Source of the DNA: an uncultured Chloroflexia bacterium
GTDB taxonomy: Bacteria > Chloroflexota > Chloroflexia > Thermomicrobiales > UBA6265
Length of the DNA stretch: 64,000 nt
Reading direction: 5' to 3'
NCBI GenBank assembly: GCA_963724295.1
Contig: CAVRUC010000002.1
Location: forward strand, 288,001-352,000
Below, one piece after another: positions 47,768-57,904 of the stretch. The translations under genes and the position numbers were made by a program. Position 1 is the first letter of the stretch; every line of letters begins with the position of its first letter. The notes beneath the pieces are model-generated. The model saw only the letters and a list, made by a program, of their open reading frames with translations. It searched no databases and had not been told where the DNA came from.

Positions 47768-49276
47768 ATGCCCCTCCTTAGCGCGACTGGGATCGACAAG
47801 CGGTTCGGCGGCGTCGTGGCGCTCGACGGCGCGGAGTTCTCGTGCGAGGCGGGCGAGATCCACGCCCTTCTGGGTGAGAACGGCGCCGGCAAGAGCACAA
47901 TGGTGAAGGTGCTCTGCGGCGTCCATCCGCCCGATGCGGGCGCCATCACCTACGGTGGTGAGCCAATCACCTTCCGCGGTCCCTCCGACGCGGTCGCCGT
48001 CGGCATTGTCCCGGTCTTCCAGGAGCTCTCGCTCGTCCCGGATCTGACCGTTGCCGAGAATCTCTTCATGGGAGAAGAGCCGCGCACTCGACTGGGGCTG
48101 GTCGACGCCAAGCGAATGAGACGTGAAGCCGGCGCGTTGCTGGTCGGGCTGGGCTTCGTCGGGATCCATCCCGGAGCCGTGGTGCGCGATCTCTCCCTCG
48201 CCGACCGTCAGTTGATCGAGATCGCCAAGGCCATGCGCCGGCAGCCGAAGGTGCTGATCCTCGACGAGGCAACGTCGGCGCTCAATCGCCGCCAGGTGCA
48301 GCAGGTCTTCGCCGTCGTGCGTCGCCTGTGCGCCGAGGGTGTGGCGGTCGTCTTCATATCGCACCGTATGGACGAGGTGCGCGATCTCTGCCACAGGGCC
48401 ACCATCTTCCGCGACGGGGTTAGCGTTGGCACGGTCGACGTGGCAAAGGCCCGTGACGACGAGATCGTGCGCATGATGATCGGGCGTACGCTGCGCGAGA
48501 CCTTCCCACCGCGAACGCAGCGACCGGACGTCGAAGAACCCCTGCTGGAAGTACGCGGACTCAATTGGGGCGATCGCCTGCGCGACATCTCCCTGGTCGT
48601 CCACAAGGGGGAGATCCTGGGTCTCTCCGGGCTCGAAGGTCAGGGACAGGGCGATCTCCTTTTCGCCCTCTTTGGTGTCTACACCGGTGTCCACGGCGAC
48701 GTCAGCGTCGGCGGCAAGCCGATCCGCTTGGGCGGACCGCGCGACGCCATGACCGCGGGGCTGGCCCTCGTCCCGGAGGACCGCAAGACGCAGGGGCTGA
48801 TTCTGCCCCTCCCGGTCGATGAGAACATCACCTTGCCGACGCTGCCGGCTGTCTCGCACAGCGGCGTCATCTCGCCGTCGGCGGTCCGCGACGCCACCCT
48901 GGCGATGCGCGACCGCCTGGCGATCCGCATGGCGAGTCCCGCGGTCCCCGTCCGCTTCCTCAGCGGCGGTAATCAGCAGAAGGTCTCCATCGCCAAGTGG
49001 CTCCTCACCAACGCTGCCGTCTATCTCCTGTACGACCCCACGCGCGGCATCGACGTCGGTGCGAAACAGGAGATCTACGAGCTGATGCGCCGTCTGGCGA
49101 GCGAAGGACACGGTATTCTCTTCTTCTCGACCGATCTTGCCGAGATCGTTGGTCTCTGCGACCGGGCACTGGTCATGTACGAGGGTGCGATCGCCCGCGA
49201 GCTGCGGGGAGCGGCGTTGACCGAGGCGAATCTGGTCAGCGCCGCGGTCGGTCTGGCAGAGGCGGTGCCGGCGTGA
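47768..49276 (+). CDS. Sugar ABC transporter ATP-binding protein (RbsA-like, two NBDs)
   Basis: GENGAGKST, ILDE, PEDRK, LSGGNQQK. Confidence 0.95.
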   Translation: MPLLSATGIDKRFGGVVALDGAEFSCEAGEIHALLGENGAGKSTMVKVLCGVHPPDAGAITYGGEPITFRGPSDAVAVGIVPVFQELSLVPDLTVAENLFMGEEPRTRLGLVDAKRMRREAGALLVGLGFVGIHPGAVVRDLSLADRQLIEIAKAMRRQPKVLILDEATSALNRRQVQQVFAVVRRLCAEGVAVVFISHRMDEVRDLCHRATIFRDGVSVGTVDVAKARDDEIVRMMIGRTLRETFPPRTQRPDVEEPLLEVRGLNWGDRLRDISLVVHKGEILGLSGLEGQGQGDLLFALFGVYTGVHGDVSVGGKPIRLGGPRDAMTAGLALVPEDRKTQGLILPLPVDENITLPTLPAVSHSGVISPSAVRDATLAMRDRLAIRMASPAVPVRFLSGGNQQKVSIAKWLLTNAAVYLLYDPTRGIDVGAKQEIYELMRRLASEGHGILFFSTDLAEIVGLCDRALVMYEGAIARELRGAALTEANLVSAAVGLAEAVPA

Positions 49277-49285
49277 GTTCGATGC

Positions 49286-49368
49286 GGGTGGCAGGGTGTC
49301 GAGGTCGCGGGGTGGCAGGGGGATTGTTCATCCTGCCACCCTGCCACCCTGCTACCCTGCCACCCTGC
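49286..49368. repeat. Inverted octamer repeat hairpin (GGTGGCAG)n / (CTGCCACC)n
   Basis: Between ATPase and permease genes. Confidence 0.8.
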
Positions 49369-49379
49369 GACCGACGCTG

Positions 49380-50444
49380 ATGGCGACGCTGAGGGCCGGC
49401 GGCGCCATGCCGCCCGGCGCGCATCAGGGACGCACCGTACGCCCGCGCCCGTTCGTGATGCGCAATGGGCGGCTGCTCTTCGTCTGGGCGGTCCTGATCG
49501 CCGTCGTCACCGCCTATGTGCTGGTGGTGCCGCAATTCCGTCCGCGGGAGCAGCGCACCCTGCTCAATTCTGGATTGACGCTGGCCACGGCGAGCATGGG
49601 TCAGACACTCGTCGTTCTCACCGGCGGTATCGACCTGTCGATCGGTCCGATGGTCAGCCTCACCAACAGCATCGCCTCCGAGGTGACTGACAAGGAATCA
49701 CCAACCTCGAGCATGGTCGTGGCCGCCGTGGCTGCCCTCGGGGTCGGCGCCCTCGGCGGGTTGATCAACGGCGTGCTGGTCGCCTATGGGCGATTGCAGC
49801 CGATCATCGTCACTCTGGCTACCGGATCGATCTGGACCGGCATCGCACTCTATATCCGGCCTTCGCCCGGGGGCTTCATCCCGCTGGAGTTCAGCAACCT
49901 CCTCGCCGGTACCGCCTTCGCGGAGCCGGTCTCGCTCCCGCTGGGGCTGACCTGGAGCACGCCGATCCCCAAAGCGGCATTTGTCGTCGCCGGGCTGATC
50001 ATCTTCTGGGTCATCTTCCGCCGCAGCCGCCTGGCCACGCGCATCTATGCCGTGGGCAGCAGCGAAGGCGCCGCCTATCTCTCCGGGGTCAATGTCCAGC
50101 GCGCCAAGTTGGCCGCGTACACGCTGGCCGGACTTGCCGCGGGGTGCGCTGGCCTGATCAACAGCGCCCAGACGGCCACGGGAAATGCATTGGGCGGGAC
50201 CATCTTCACGCTCAACTCGATCGCGGCGGTCGTCCTCGGGGGAGCGGCACTCGCCGGTGGCGCCGGGTCGTATCTCGGCACGCTCGCCGGCGCCTACGTG
50301 ATCGCCATTATCCCCAGCGTGCTGCAGTTCTACGGCGTGAGCAGCTTCTACAAGGACCTGGTGCAGGGCTCGGTCCTGCTCTTCGCCGTCGCGCTCGGCG
50401 CCTTCGGTCTGCTGCGCGTCCGCAACCGGATGGATCGGCTATGA
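49380..50444 (+). CDS. Sugar ABC permease (RbsC-like)
   Basis: TGGIDLSIG, YAVGSS, IAAVVLGG. Confidence 0.92.
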   Translation: MATLRAGGAMPPGAHQGRTVRPRPFVMRNGRLLFVWAVLIAVVTAYVLVVPQFRPREQRTLLNSGLTLATASMGQTLVVLTGGIDLSIGPMVSLTNSIASEVTDKESPTSSMVVAAVAALGVGALGGLINGVLVAYGRLQPIIVTLATGSIWTGIALYIRPSPGGFIPLEFSNLLAGTAFAEPVSLPLGLTWSTPIPKAAFVVAGLIIFWVIFRRSRLATRIYAVGSSEGAAYLSGVNVQRAKLAAYTLAGLAAGCAGLINSAQTATGNALGGTIFTLNSIAAVVLGGAALAGGAGSYLGTLAGAYVIAIIPSVLQFYGVSSFYKDLVQGSVLLFAVALGAFGLLRVRNRMDRL

Positions 50445-51499
50445 GCAGGGTTCCGGAGTCCGGCCCGGCCATGCCGGCGGTCGAGCCGGACGTCCCGGTA
50501 GGCTCCCGGATCGCACTCGGCGGCCAACCGCGAGGAGGAGTGTCCGGTCTGACCGGTCATGACTCCTGGCTTTCGCAGAATCGCGCGCTGCTTATCCCCT
50601 ACGGGCTGATCCTGATCCTCCTGGCGGCGGCGGCGATCCGCGCGCCTGGATTCGTGACGGGCTCGAACCTATCGCAGCAGCTCGTCCTCGCCTCCTACCT
50701 GGGGGTCATCGCCGGCGGGCAGACGTTGGTGATCCTGACCGGCGGCATAGATCTCTCGATTGGCTGGAATCTCAATCTGGCGGCCATTCTGCTGACGCAG
50801 CTCAGCGAGCAGATGCCGGTATTCTGGGCGGCCGTCGCCGCGCTCGCCAGTGCGTCGCTCATTGGTCTCATCAACGGGCTGGGGATCGCGTATTTGCGCA
50901 TCCCATCGCTGGTGATGACGCTTGGCATGAACGCGGTGCTGGCCGGGGCGACCCTGGTCTACACAAACGGGTCACCACAGGGGGATGCGCCGCCGTTCTC
51001 CCGCGACCTCGCGGTCGGCAAGATCGGCGGGGTCATTCCCTGGGCGCTAGTCTTCTGGGCCCTCTTCAGCGCGGCGCTGATCTTCCTGCTGCGCCGCACC
51101 GTCTACGGCAAGCGGCTCTACGCTATCGGCAATAACCCGAAGGCGGGCTATCTCTCCGGTGTCCCGGTGCGGTGGGTGCTCGTATCGACCTACACCCTCT
51201 GCGGGCTCTGTGCTGGTCTGGGCGGGATCATGCTGACCGGGTATTCCCAGCAGAGCTACCTCGGGATGGGCGATCAACACGTGTTGCCGGCCATCGCCGC
51301 GGTCGTCATCGGTGGCACCTCGATCCTCGGCGGCTCCGGCGGCTACACCGGGACCATCGCCGGAGCGATCACCGTGATCCTGCTGCAGAACGTGCTGCAG
51401 ATCGTCGGCATCCAGTTCGCCGGGCAGCAGATCCTCTACGGTTTGATCATCCTCCTGATGCTCTTCGTCTACGGCCGCAACGTCCGCGTCCAGGAGTAG
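50441..51499 (+). CDS. Sugar ABC permease (RbsC-like)
   Basis: TGGIDLSIG, YAIGNN, IAAVVIGGTS; ATGA overlap. Confidence 0.92.
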   Translation: MSRVPESGPAMPAVEPDVPVGSRIALGGQPRGGVSGLTGHDSWLSQNRALLIPYGLILILLAAAAIRAPGFVTGSNLSQQLVLASYLGVIAGGQTLVILTGGIDLSIGWNLNLAAILLTQLSEQMPVFWAAVAALASASLIGLINGLGIAYLRIPSLVMTLGMNAVLAGATLVYTNGSPQGDAPPFSRDLAVGKIGGVIPWALVFWALFSAALIFLLRRTVYGKRLYAIGNNPKAGYLSGVPVRWVLVSTYTLCGLCAGLGGIMLTGYSQQSYLGMGDQHVLPAIAAVVIGGTSILGGSGGYTGTIAGAITVILLQNVLQIVGIQFAGQQILYGLIILLMLFVYGRNVRVQE

Positions 51500-51582
51500 C
51501 GACACCCCGCGTTCTGCTCGAGCGAGACGTGGTGCTTACACGTCTGCCATCACGCCGTTCCTGGCTGCCGAACCACGCTGAT

Positions 51583-52161
51583 CTATTCACCGGCATTCCC
51601 GCTCGTGTTTCCGGAAGCTGGGGTGCTGCCGGCGTGGGAGAGCATCACCCAGGCGGCAACGGTGCCCATCACCAGGAGCCACCCCTCGACGACCGCCAGC
51701 CAGCCCAGCGCGGCGGGATGCGATCGCCACAGCAGCAGCACCACAGCGATCAGTCCCAGGTACGGTCCGCTCATGCCCACCAGGTACACCCAGCCCCGCC
51801 ATTCGGCGGGGGTGTAGCCCGGTCGTGGACCAGTCGCTGGGTCGTTCAAGCGAATCCAGAGGCGAGCGACCACCGCGATGGCGAAGAACGCCGCAATGCT
51901 GACCAGGAGCAACGACAACGCGAGGGTAGATCGGTGGGCGTGCGGAGCAATCGCGAGTCCGGCGACTGCGATGGCGACCAGGAACGTGCCAAACGTGAAC
52001 CCCGCGAAGTCACGGACATCAGCCACCTCGCGCTGGTAAAAGATATTGAGCCGCACTGAGACTGCTACGAACAGGAGGCCAAGGAGCGTCGCTGCCGCGC
52101 CCCCCATGAGGGCAAAGTAGGCGGTCCACTCCGTCAGGGCTTGTGAGAACGCGTCGTCCAT
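51583..52161 (-). CDS. Hypothetical membrane protein
   Basis: GGAAATLLGLLFVAVS; about 5 TM helices. Confidence 0.8.
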   Translation of the reverse strand: MDDAFSQALTEWTAYFALMGGAAATLLGLLFVAVSVRLNIFYQREVADVRDFAGFTFGTFLVAIAVAGLAIAPHAHRSTLALSLLLVSIAAFFAIAVVARLWIRLNDPATGPRPGYTPAEWRGWVYLVGMSGPYLGLIAVVLLLWRSHPAALGWLAVVEGWLLVMGTVAAWVMLSHAGSTPASGNTSGNAGE

Positions 52162-52380
52162 CGGCGATCCCATTCTAGAGCAGTTGGTGCGAGCGACATT
52201 CTGCGACCCATGAGCGCGTCGAGGCAATCGAGCGCATCTCTCAGTTTGGCCGATAGCCTGCCGAGGCATTGGTAATCGTCCGGAACTGCCTTTATCTCGG
52301 CAACGCATAGACACTCCTGCTATACTATGAACAAATATGAGCACTCTGACACCGCCTCAATCCAAGGAGGTAGCGAACTC

Positions 52381-52770
52381 ATGCGTGCTGTGGATGAGGA
52401 GTTCGTAACGGTGGCCGAGGCTGCGACGCTCTTGCGCGTTGCTCCCTCAACCGTCCGCCGCTGGATCCGGGAGGGCGAAGTTCCGGCTCACCGCATCGGG
52501 CGTCGCCGCGTCGCTCTGCGGCGCTCCGATTTGGCAAGTCTGATCACGCCCGCTCGTCCTGGCATGGAGACGAGCGGCAAGCTGGCGGGTGATCAAAAGT
52601 GGGAGCCTCGCCGGTTGACGCCCGAGGAGAAGCAGCAGGCCCTGGAAGCGATGGACCGAGCTCGGCGGCATGCTGCGGAGATTCAAGCTCGGCGTGGCGG
52701 GAAACTCTTTCCCCCTTCGTGGATAACTATCAATGAACAGCGAGATGAGCGAACCCGCCAGTTGTCGTGA
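52381..52770 (+). CDS. Excisionase-type HTH (HTH_17) protein, putative antitoxin
   Basis: TVAEAATLLRVAPSTVRRWIREG; C-terminal SWITINEQRDER; overlaps PIN gene (GTGA). Confidence 0.82.
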   Translation: MRAVDEEFVTVAEAATLLRVAPSTVRRWIREGEVPAHRIGRRRVALRRSDLASLITPARPGMETSGKLAGDQKWEPRRLTPEEKQQALEAMDRARRHAAEIQARRGGKLFPPSWITINEQRDERTRQLS

Positions 52771-53210
52771 TCTGCGTGGACGCCTCCGTAGCCATCAAGT
52801 GGGTATTGAACGAGGAGCGGAGCGACAAGGCCAGGGCTCTCTACGGCGCTGCACTCGAGGCGGATGAGGTGATCGTTGCGCCAAATCTGCTGCCACTCGA
52901 GGTGACCAACATCCTGCGTCAGCGCATGCGGGGCGAAGGCGGACTCTCGCTTACGGACGCTGCTAGACAACTGGACATCTTCCTCGCTCTTCGCATCGAT
53001 TTCCACAACCCCACGGGGCTGCATTTTCAGGCGCTTGTCCTCGCTGACGCCCTCGATCTGCCGGACACCTATGACGCGCACTATCTGGCACTGGCCGAGC
53101 ATCTCGGTTGCGAGTTCTGGACAGACGACCTGCGACTGTTAGGGCACGTCGCCACCAGCCTGCCCTTCGTACGCTGGATCGGCGATTTCCCGGCGACAGT
53201 GCAGGGGTAG
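52767..53210 (+). CDS. vapC: VapC-family PIN-domain toxin
   Basis: VDASVAIKW..E, EVTN, YDAHYLALAE, WTDD. Confidence 0.92.
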   Translation: MICVDASVAIKWVLNEERSDKARALYGAALEADEVIVAPNLLPLEVTNILRQRMRGEGGLSLTDAARQLDIFLALRIDFHNPTGLHFQALVLADALDLPDTYDAHYLALAEHLGCEFWTDDLRLLGHVATSLPFVRWIGDFPATVQG

Positions 53211-53251
53211 CTCCTGCTTGCCAATCCGGACGATGAGGAAACGGGGAGCGG

Positions 53252-54022
53252 ATGGGTACGCACTTTGAGCGTGTGACGTTCGCCGGGATTCGCGAGGCGA
53301 CGTGCCAGCATCTCGCTGCGCTGCCGTCGGCGATCGATTCGTTTCTGGAGGACCACATCCTGGCCTCCAACCACTACCGGATTGTCGTCACGGGCGAGCC
53401 GGCCGGCTTTGCCTCGATCCATGAGGAACGCCTGATTACGCAGTTCGCCCTTTCAGAGCCCTACAGGCAGCATGGGCAAGACCTGTACCGGGAGCTGCGA
53501 CAGTTAGAGCAGGTGCGCTCCGCGTTCGTGCCGACCTGTGACGAGTTCTTCCTGGCGCACGCACTCGACGATTACCGGCGGCTCGCCAAGCAGGCGTACT
53601 TCTTCGCCACCCCGCCCGGGGTTGGAGAGGTTGATGCGACGAATCGGTATTCCATGCGGCCGGCGGCGATTGCAGACGCCGATTTCGTGCGACAGGAGTC
53701 GGGTGATTTCTTCGAGCACCTGGAGCGGATCATCGAGGCGGAAGAGCTGTTCGTGACTCTGCAGGGTGAGGAGCCGGTCGGGTTCGGAATCCTCGTGGAG
53801 AGCTCGCTCTACGAGGACGTGGCCAGCATCGGAATGTACACGATCGAGCGCTTCCGGCAGACCGGGGTGGGCACGGCGACCATCGCGGTGCTGATCGAGG
53901 AGTGCCGCCGGCGTTCGCTGCGCCCGGTGGCGGGGTGCTGGTATTACAACCACCGCTCGCGGCGGACCCTGCAGCGGGCGGGCATGTACTCGCCTACCCG
54001 ACTCCTGAAGATCGATTACTGA
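53252..54022 (+). CDS. GNAT family acetyltransferase
   Basis: FRQTGVGT, AGCWYYNHRSRRTL. Confidence 0.85.
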   Translation: MGTHFERVTFAGIREATCQHLAALPSAIDSFLEDHILASNHYRIVVTGEPAGFASIHEERLITQFALSEPYRQHGQDLYRELRQLEQVRSAFVPTCDEFFLAHALDDYRRLAKQAYFFATPPGVGEVDATNRYSMRPAAIADADFVRQESGDFFEHLERIIEAEELFVTLQGEEPVGFGILVESSLYEDVASIGMYTIERFRQTGVGTATIAVLIEECRRRSLRPVAGCWYYNHRSRRTLQRAGMYSPTRLLKIDY

Positions 54023-54094
54023 TCCTGAGACTTCACTCAACGAACTTGGTCGATAACGGAGTTGTGAGATTCGTTACGCCCCGCGGGGAGATCT

Positions 54095-54118
54095 GGGCAC
54101 GGCATGCCGTGCCCCTAC
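54095..54118. repeat. GTAG-type REP palindrome
   Basis: GGGCACGGCATGCCGTGCCCCTAC between convergent genes. Confidence 0.75.
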
Positions 54119-54196
54119 AGGGCCGCTTCGGTTGTTGTCCATTGGCGCCTGACCATCCGCATGGGGAGTTGCCGTACGGAACTCGCTCGCGAGTCG

Positions 54197-55174
54197 TCAG
54201 GTTCGAGCCGGTGTCGTCCCAGATTCCAGCGGTCTCAGTCCCGCCTCTATTCTTGCGCGATGCGGCTCCAGGAAGGGCGGTAGCGCCAGCCGCTCGCCGA
54301 GGTGCTCGGCGTCCTCGTCGGTGGCGAAGCCGGGACCGTCCGTGGCGATCTCGAAGAGGATGCGGCCCGGCTCCCGAAAGTAGAGGGACTTGAAGTAGTA
54401 GCGGTCGATGACGTCGGTGATGCCGATACCGGCCGCCCGCACGCGGTCCCGCCATGCCCGGTGCTCGGTGTCATTTGGAGCGCGAAACGCGACGTGATGA
54501 ACCCCGCCGCTGCCGAGCTGGGAAGGTCGCAGGTCTGGCCGCTCTTCGACCCGGACCTCCGTGCCGGGTCCCCCCGGGCCACTCTCGAAGACGACGGTAC
54601 GCAGCACGGGGTTGTCGGCCGCGGGAAAATCGCCGGCCTGCCGGAAGTTGAGAACGTCGGTCAGCACACGAGCCGTCGGAGCGAGGCGATCGACGGCCAG
54701 GGTGACGTGGTTGAGGCCGCGGATCTGGTGTTCCAGGGGGACTGGGCTCCGTCGCCAGGGGGTGAATCCCACGTCGTTGCCGCCGGCCACCAGGGCCAGT
54801 CGCTGTCCCTCCGGATCGGCGAAGCGCAACGTAGGGTGTCCCGCGATCTCCGCGACGCCGCTGTCCGTGAGACCCCGCTCGTTGAAACGCCGCGCCCACC
54901 AATCGAGCGCAGCGCGATCCGGCACACGCAAGCCGATCTCGGCGATGCTCCCCGTGCCGGGCAGATTCGGTCCCATGCCGGCCCAATCGAAGAAGGTCAC
55001 CTCGGTGCCGGGGCTACCAACTTCGTCTCCATAAAAGAGGTGATAGGCCGAGACGTCGTCCTGATTGACCGTCTTCTTGACCAGCCGCAAACCAAGCGCG
55101 TTGGTGTAGAAGTCCAGGTTGCCTGGTGCGTTGCTGGTGACCGCGGTGACATGGTGCAGACCGCCGAGTTCCAT
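54197..55174 (-). CDS. Ring-cleaving dioxygenase (MhqO/VOC family)
   Basis: GLHHVT, VKKTVNQDD, HHVAFR, DRYYFKSLYFRE, EIATDGPGF. Confidence 0.94.
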   Translation of the reverse strand: MELGGLHHVTAVTSNAPGNLDFYTNALGLRLVKKTVNQDDVSAYHLFYGDEVGSPGTEVTFFDWAGMGPNLPGTGSIAEIGLRVPDRAALDWWARRFNERGLTDSGVAEIAGHPTLRFADPEGQRLALVAGGNDVGFTPWRRSPVPLEHQIRGLNHVTLAVDRLAPTARVLTDVLNFRQAGDFPAADNPVLRTVVFESGPGGPGTEVRVEERPDLRPSQLGSGGVHHVAFRAPNDTEHRAWRDRVRAAGIGITDVIDRYYFKSLYFREPGRILFEIATDGPGFATDEDAEHLGERLALPPFLEPHRARIEAGLRPLESGTTPART

Positions 55175-55292
55175 GATCTGTGCCTTTCTGTCGAGAGTTG
55201 ACCGCTTCCCAGCAATGCTGCCACGTCACCGCATCAGATGATGCCACACCAGTTCTTCGCCGGGACCGGCCACGGGAAGACCGTCGCCGCCG

Positions 55293-56303
55293 CTAGAGCA
55301 CACCGGTCAGGCGGTGGAGTACAGCGTAGACAATCCCGGCCAGCAAGGTGCAGGCCGGGATCGTGATCACCCAGGCCGAAACGATGCGACCGGCGATCCC
55401 CCAGCGCACCGCCGACAGGCTCCTCGTGGAGCCGACACCCAGGATCGACGAGGAGATGACGTGCGTCGTTGAGACCGGGATGCCCAGCCGGCTGGCAAGT
55501 GTGATCGAAGTCGCCGCCGCGGTCTCCGCAGCGAACCCATCGATGGTGCGCAACTCGACGACCTTCAATCCCATCGTGCGCACGATCCGCCAGCCGCCCA
55601 TCGCCGTGCCCAAACCCATGGCCGCGGCGGCGGCGAGGATCACCCAGGTCGGCACCTGCCATTCATCCCCGGTCCAGCCGTGGTAGCTCGCCAGGGCCAT
55701 CGTGATCACGCCCATGGTCTTCTGAGCGTCATTGCTGCCATGGCTAAACGCCATGTAGGCGGCCGAAACGACTTGCAGGCGTCCGAAGATGCGATTGACG
55801 CGCAACGGCCGGGAGCGGGCAAAGATCCAGAGCAACGCCATCAGCAGGATCAGCGCCACGAGGAAGCCGAGCACCGGTGAGTAGACCAAGCCCTGCAGCG
55901 TCTTGGTGATGCCCTCAATCTCGATCGCAGCGACGCCGGCCGAGGCGATGCCCGCGCCGACAATGGAGAAGATCAGGGCATGACTGGAGCTGGAAGGGAT
56001 CGCTAGCCACCAGGTAAAAAGATTCCAGGAGATTGCGGAGATGAGCGCAGCGGCGACGAGTTGCTGGGTGACAACTTCCGGTGAGACGATCCCCTGGCCG
56101 ACGGTGGTCGCCACCGCGGTGCCCGACACCGCGCCGATGACATTGAAGACCGCCGCCATGCTGACGGCCTGGCCGGGTGAGAGGACACGGGTTGCTACAG
56201 AAGTCGCGATGGCATTGGCGGTGTCGTGAAATCCATTGACGAAGTCGAAGGCAAGCCCAAGGGCGATGATCGTCGCGAGGCCGATCAGGGCTGGCTCAAC
56301 CAT
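55293..56303 (-). CDS. Inorganic phosphate transporter (PiT family)
   Basis: NGFHDTANAIAT, PSSSSHA, HGSNDAQK, PVSTTH. Confidence 0.95.
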   Translation of the reverse strand: MVEPALIGLATIIALGLAFDFVNGFHDTANAIATSVATRVLSPGQAVSMAAVFNVIGAVSGTAVATTVGQGIVSPEVVTQQLVAAALISAISWNLFTWWLAIPSSSSHALIFSIVGAGIASAGVAAIEIEGITKTLQGLVYSPVLGFLVALILLMALLWIFARSRPLRVNRIFGRLQVVSAAYMAFSHGSNDAQKTMGVITMALASYHGWTGDEWQVPTWVILAAAAAMGLGTAMGGWRIVRTMGLKVVELRTIDGFAAETAAATSITLASRLGIPVSTTHVISSSILGVGSTRSLSAVRWGIAGRIVSAWVITIPACTLLAGIVYAVLHRLTGVL

Positions 56304-56937
56304 TCTTGAGGAAGATGCCTTCCAGGACGTCGGCAACGTCCTCGGCGCGATCCGTCGCGTCTTCGAGCAGCCCGTAAAGCTCTCCCCAGCGCATGCAGCT
56401 CACGAGGGACGGGATGTCTGACGCGCTGTCATAGAGAACCGCCAGTGCCTCATTGAGGACGTCGTCGGCCTCGTTCTCGAGGCGGTGGATCTCGACGACG
56501 TGGCGGCGGATCTCATCGCCGTTCTTACCAACGTCACTGAGCAGCGCAACGGCCTTGGCAAGACCCTCCGTCTGCTCGTGCAGGATGCGCGCGAGGAGCC
56601 GCGCCGGCTCGGTCGACTCCGCAAGCCGATATAGCCCGAGGCGCTTTCCGGCTTCCTCGGCGTCGTCGACGAGGTCGTCGAACTTGACGGCAAGCTCGCG
56701 AATGTCTTCGCGGTCGAGCGGTGTGACGAACGTGCTGTTGAGCGCACTGAAGATGCGGTGGGTGATCTCGTCGCCGCGATGCTCCAGATCGCGCAACAGC
56801 CGGATGTCTCGCTCTCGATCCGCCCCGTTGGCGACCACCCGGGCGAGAACCTCCGTGACCTGGGCGGCGTTGGCGCCGGCGTCCTCAAACTGGTCGAAGA
56901 ATTGTTCGTCACGGGGCAGGAACCGCGCTAAGACCAT
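56296..56937 (-). CDS. DUF47 / PhoU-like Pit accessory protein
   Basis: LEHRGD, TFVTPLDREDI, ENEAD, LEDATD; overlaps the pit gene. Confidence 0.92.
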   Translation of the reverse strand: MVLARFLPRDEQFFDQFEDAGANAAQVTEVLARVVANGADRERDIRLLRDLEHRGDEITHRIFSALNSTFVTPLDREDIRELAVKFDDLVDDAEEAGKRLGLYRLAESTEPARLLARILHEQTEGLAKAVALLSDVGKNGDEIRRHVVEIHRLENEADDVLNEALAVLYDSASDIPSLVSCMRWGELYGLLEDATDRAEDVADVLEGIFLKNG

Positions 56938-57060
56938 CGATCGCTCTCCTCGCTTCCTTCCTATGCACGGCCTGCGCCGGCGCGGCCGATGCGAGAAAAT
57001 GTTAACAACATGCTATCCGCCGGGGCTGATTGGCGCAGGCCCGAATTCCGGGAGACCGCT

Positions 57061-57858
57061 ATCGATCCTGTCGCCGTGGTCCTCGTACTCGTCTCCGCCG
57101 TCGTGCATGCGAGTTGGAATCGGGTGCTTCACGCGGAGGACGACCGGGTAGCGGCGATGTCTGTTGCCGGTCTGGTCGTCGGCGTGATGCTGCTGCCGGC
57201 CGTGCTGATCAGCCCACCATGGGCGGCGCTTCCCTTTGTGATCGCGTCGGCGATGGCCCATGTGGCCTATGCGCTCGGTCTTTCCGCGGCGTACCGGCGT
57301 GGGGCCCTCTCGGTCGCCTATCCCCTCGGTCGCGGCGTCGCCCCGTTACTGGTGACGCTTGGCGGCTGGCTGCTCCTGTCGGAGCGACCAGACCCGTGGG
57401 CGCTGGTTGGCGCGATCTCCCTCGCGGCCGGACTGGCACTGATTGCGGTCGCTGGCGGGCGTGCCGGACAGGGTGCGGCGGTCGGCTTTGCCCTCTTGAC
57501 CGGACTGACGATTGCCGCGTACTCCGTCGTCGACGCCGGGGCCGTGCGCCAGGTATCGCCCGTCGGGTATCTCGGCGCGGTGTTGGGAATCCAGGGCGCC
57601 CTGTTGACCCTCCTCATACGCGGGAACCGAACCAGACTGCGACGCGGCCTCCGCTCGGGCGCCCTCATCGCGGTGGCCTCGGTCGGCGCCTATCTTCTCG
57701 TGCTCTACGCCTTCCAGGTGGCGCCGGCGGGCCGGGTCTCGACGCTGCGCGAGGCCTCGGTGCTGGTCGGCCTGATGCTCTCCGGTGAGCGGCCATCGCG
57801 CGCGGTCTGGACCGGCGCCATCCTCGTCCTGGCCGGCGCACTGCTGGCCGCGAGCTGA
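57061..57858 (+). CDS. EamA/DMT transporter (start uncertain)
   Basis: HASWN, LSVAYPLGRG, IAAYSVVD, TLREAS. Confidence 0.88.
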   Translation: MDPVAVVLVLVSAVVHASWNRVLHAEDDRVAAMSVAGLVVGVMLLPAVLISPPWAALPFVIASAMAHVAYALGLSAAYRRGALSVAYPLGRGVAPLLVTLGGWLLLSERPDPWALVGAISLAAGLALIAVAGGRAGQGAAVGFALLTGLTIAAYSVVDAGAVRQVSPVGYLGAVLGIQGALLTLLIRGNRTRLRRGLRSGALIAVASVGAYLLVLYAFQVAPAGRVSTLREASVLVGLMLSGERPSRAVWTGAILVLAGALLAAS

Positions 57859-57904
57859 GAGGGACACCGCGCGCTTGACGCGTCGGGAGTCAGGGTGAAG
57901 CGAG

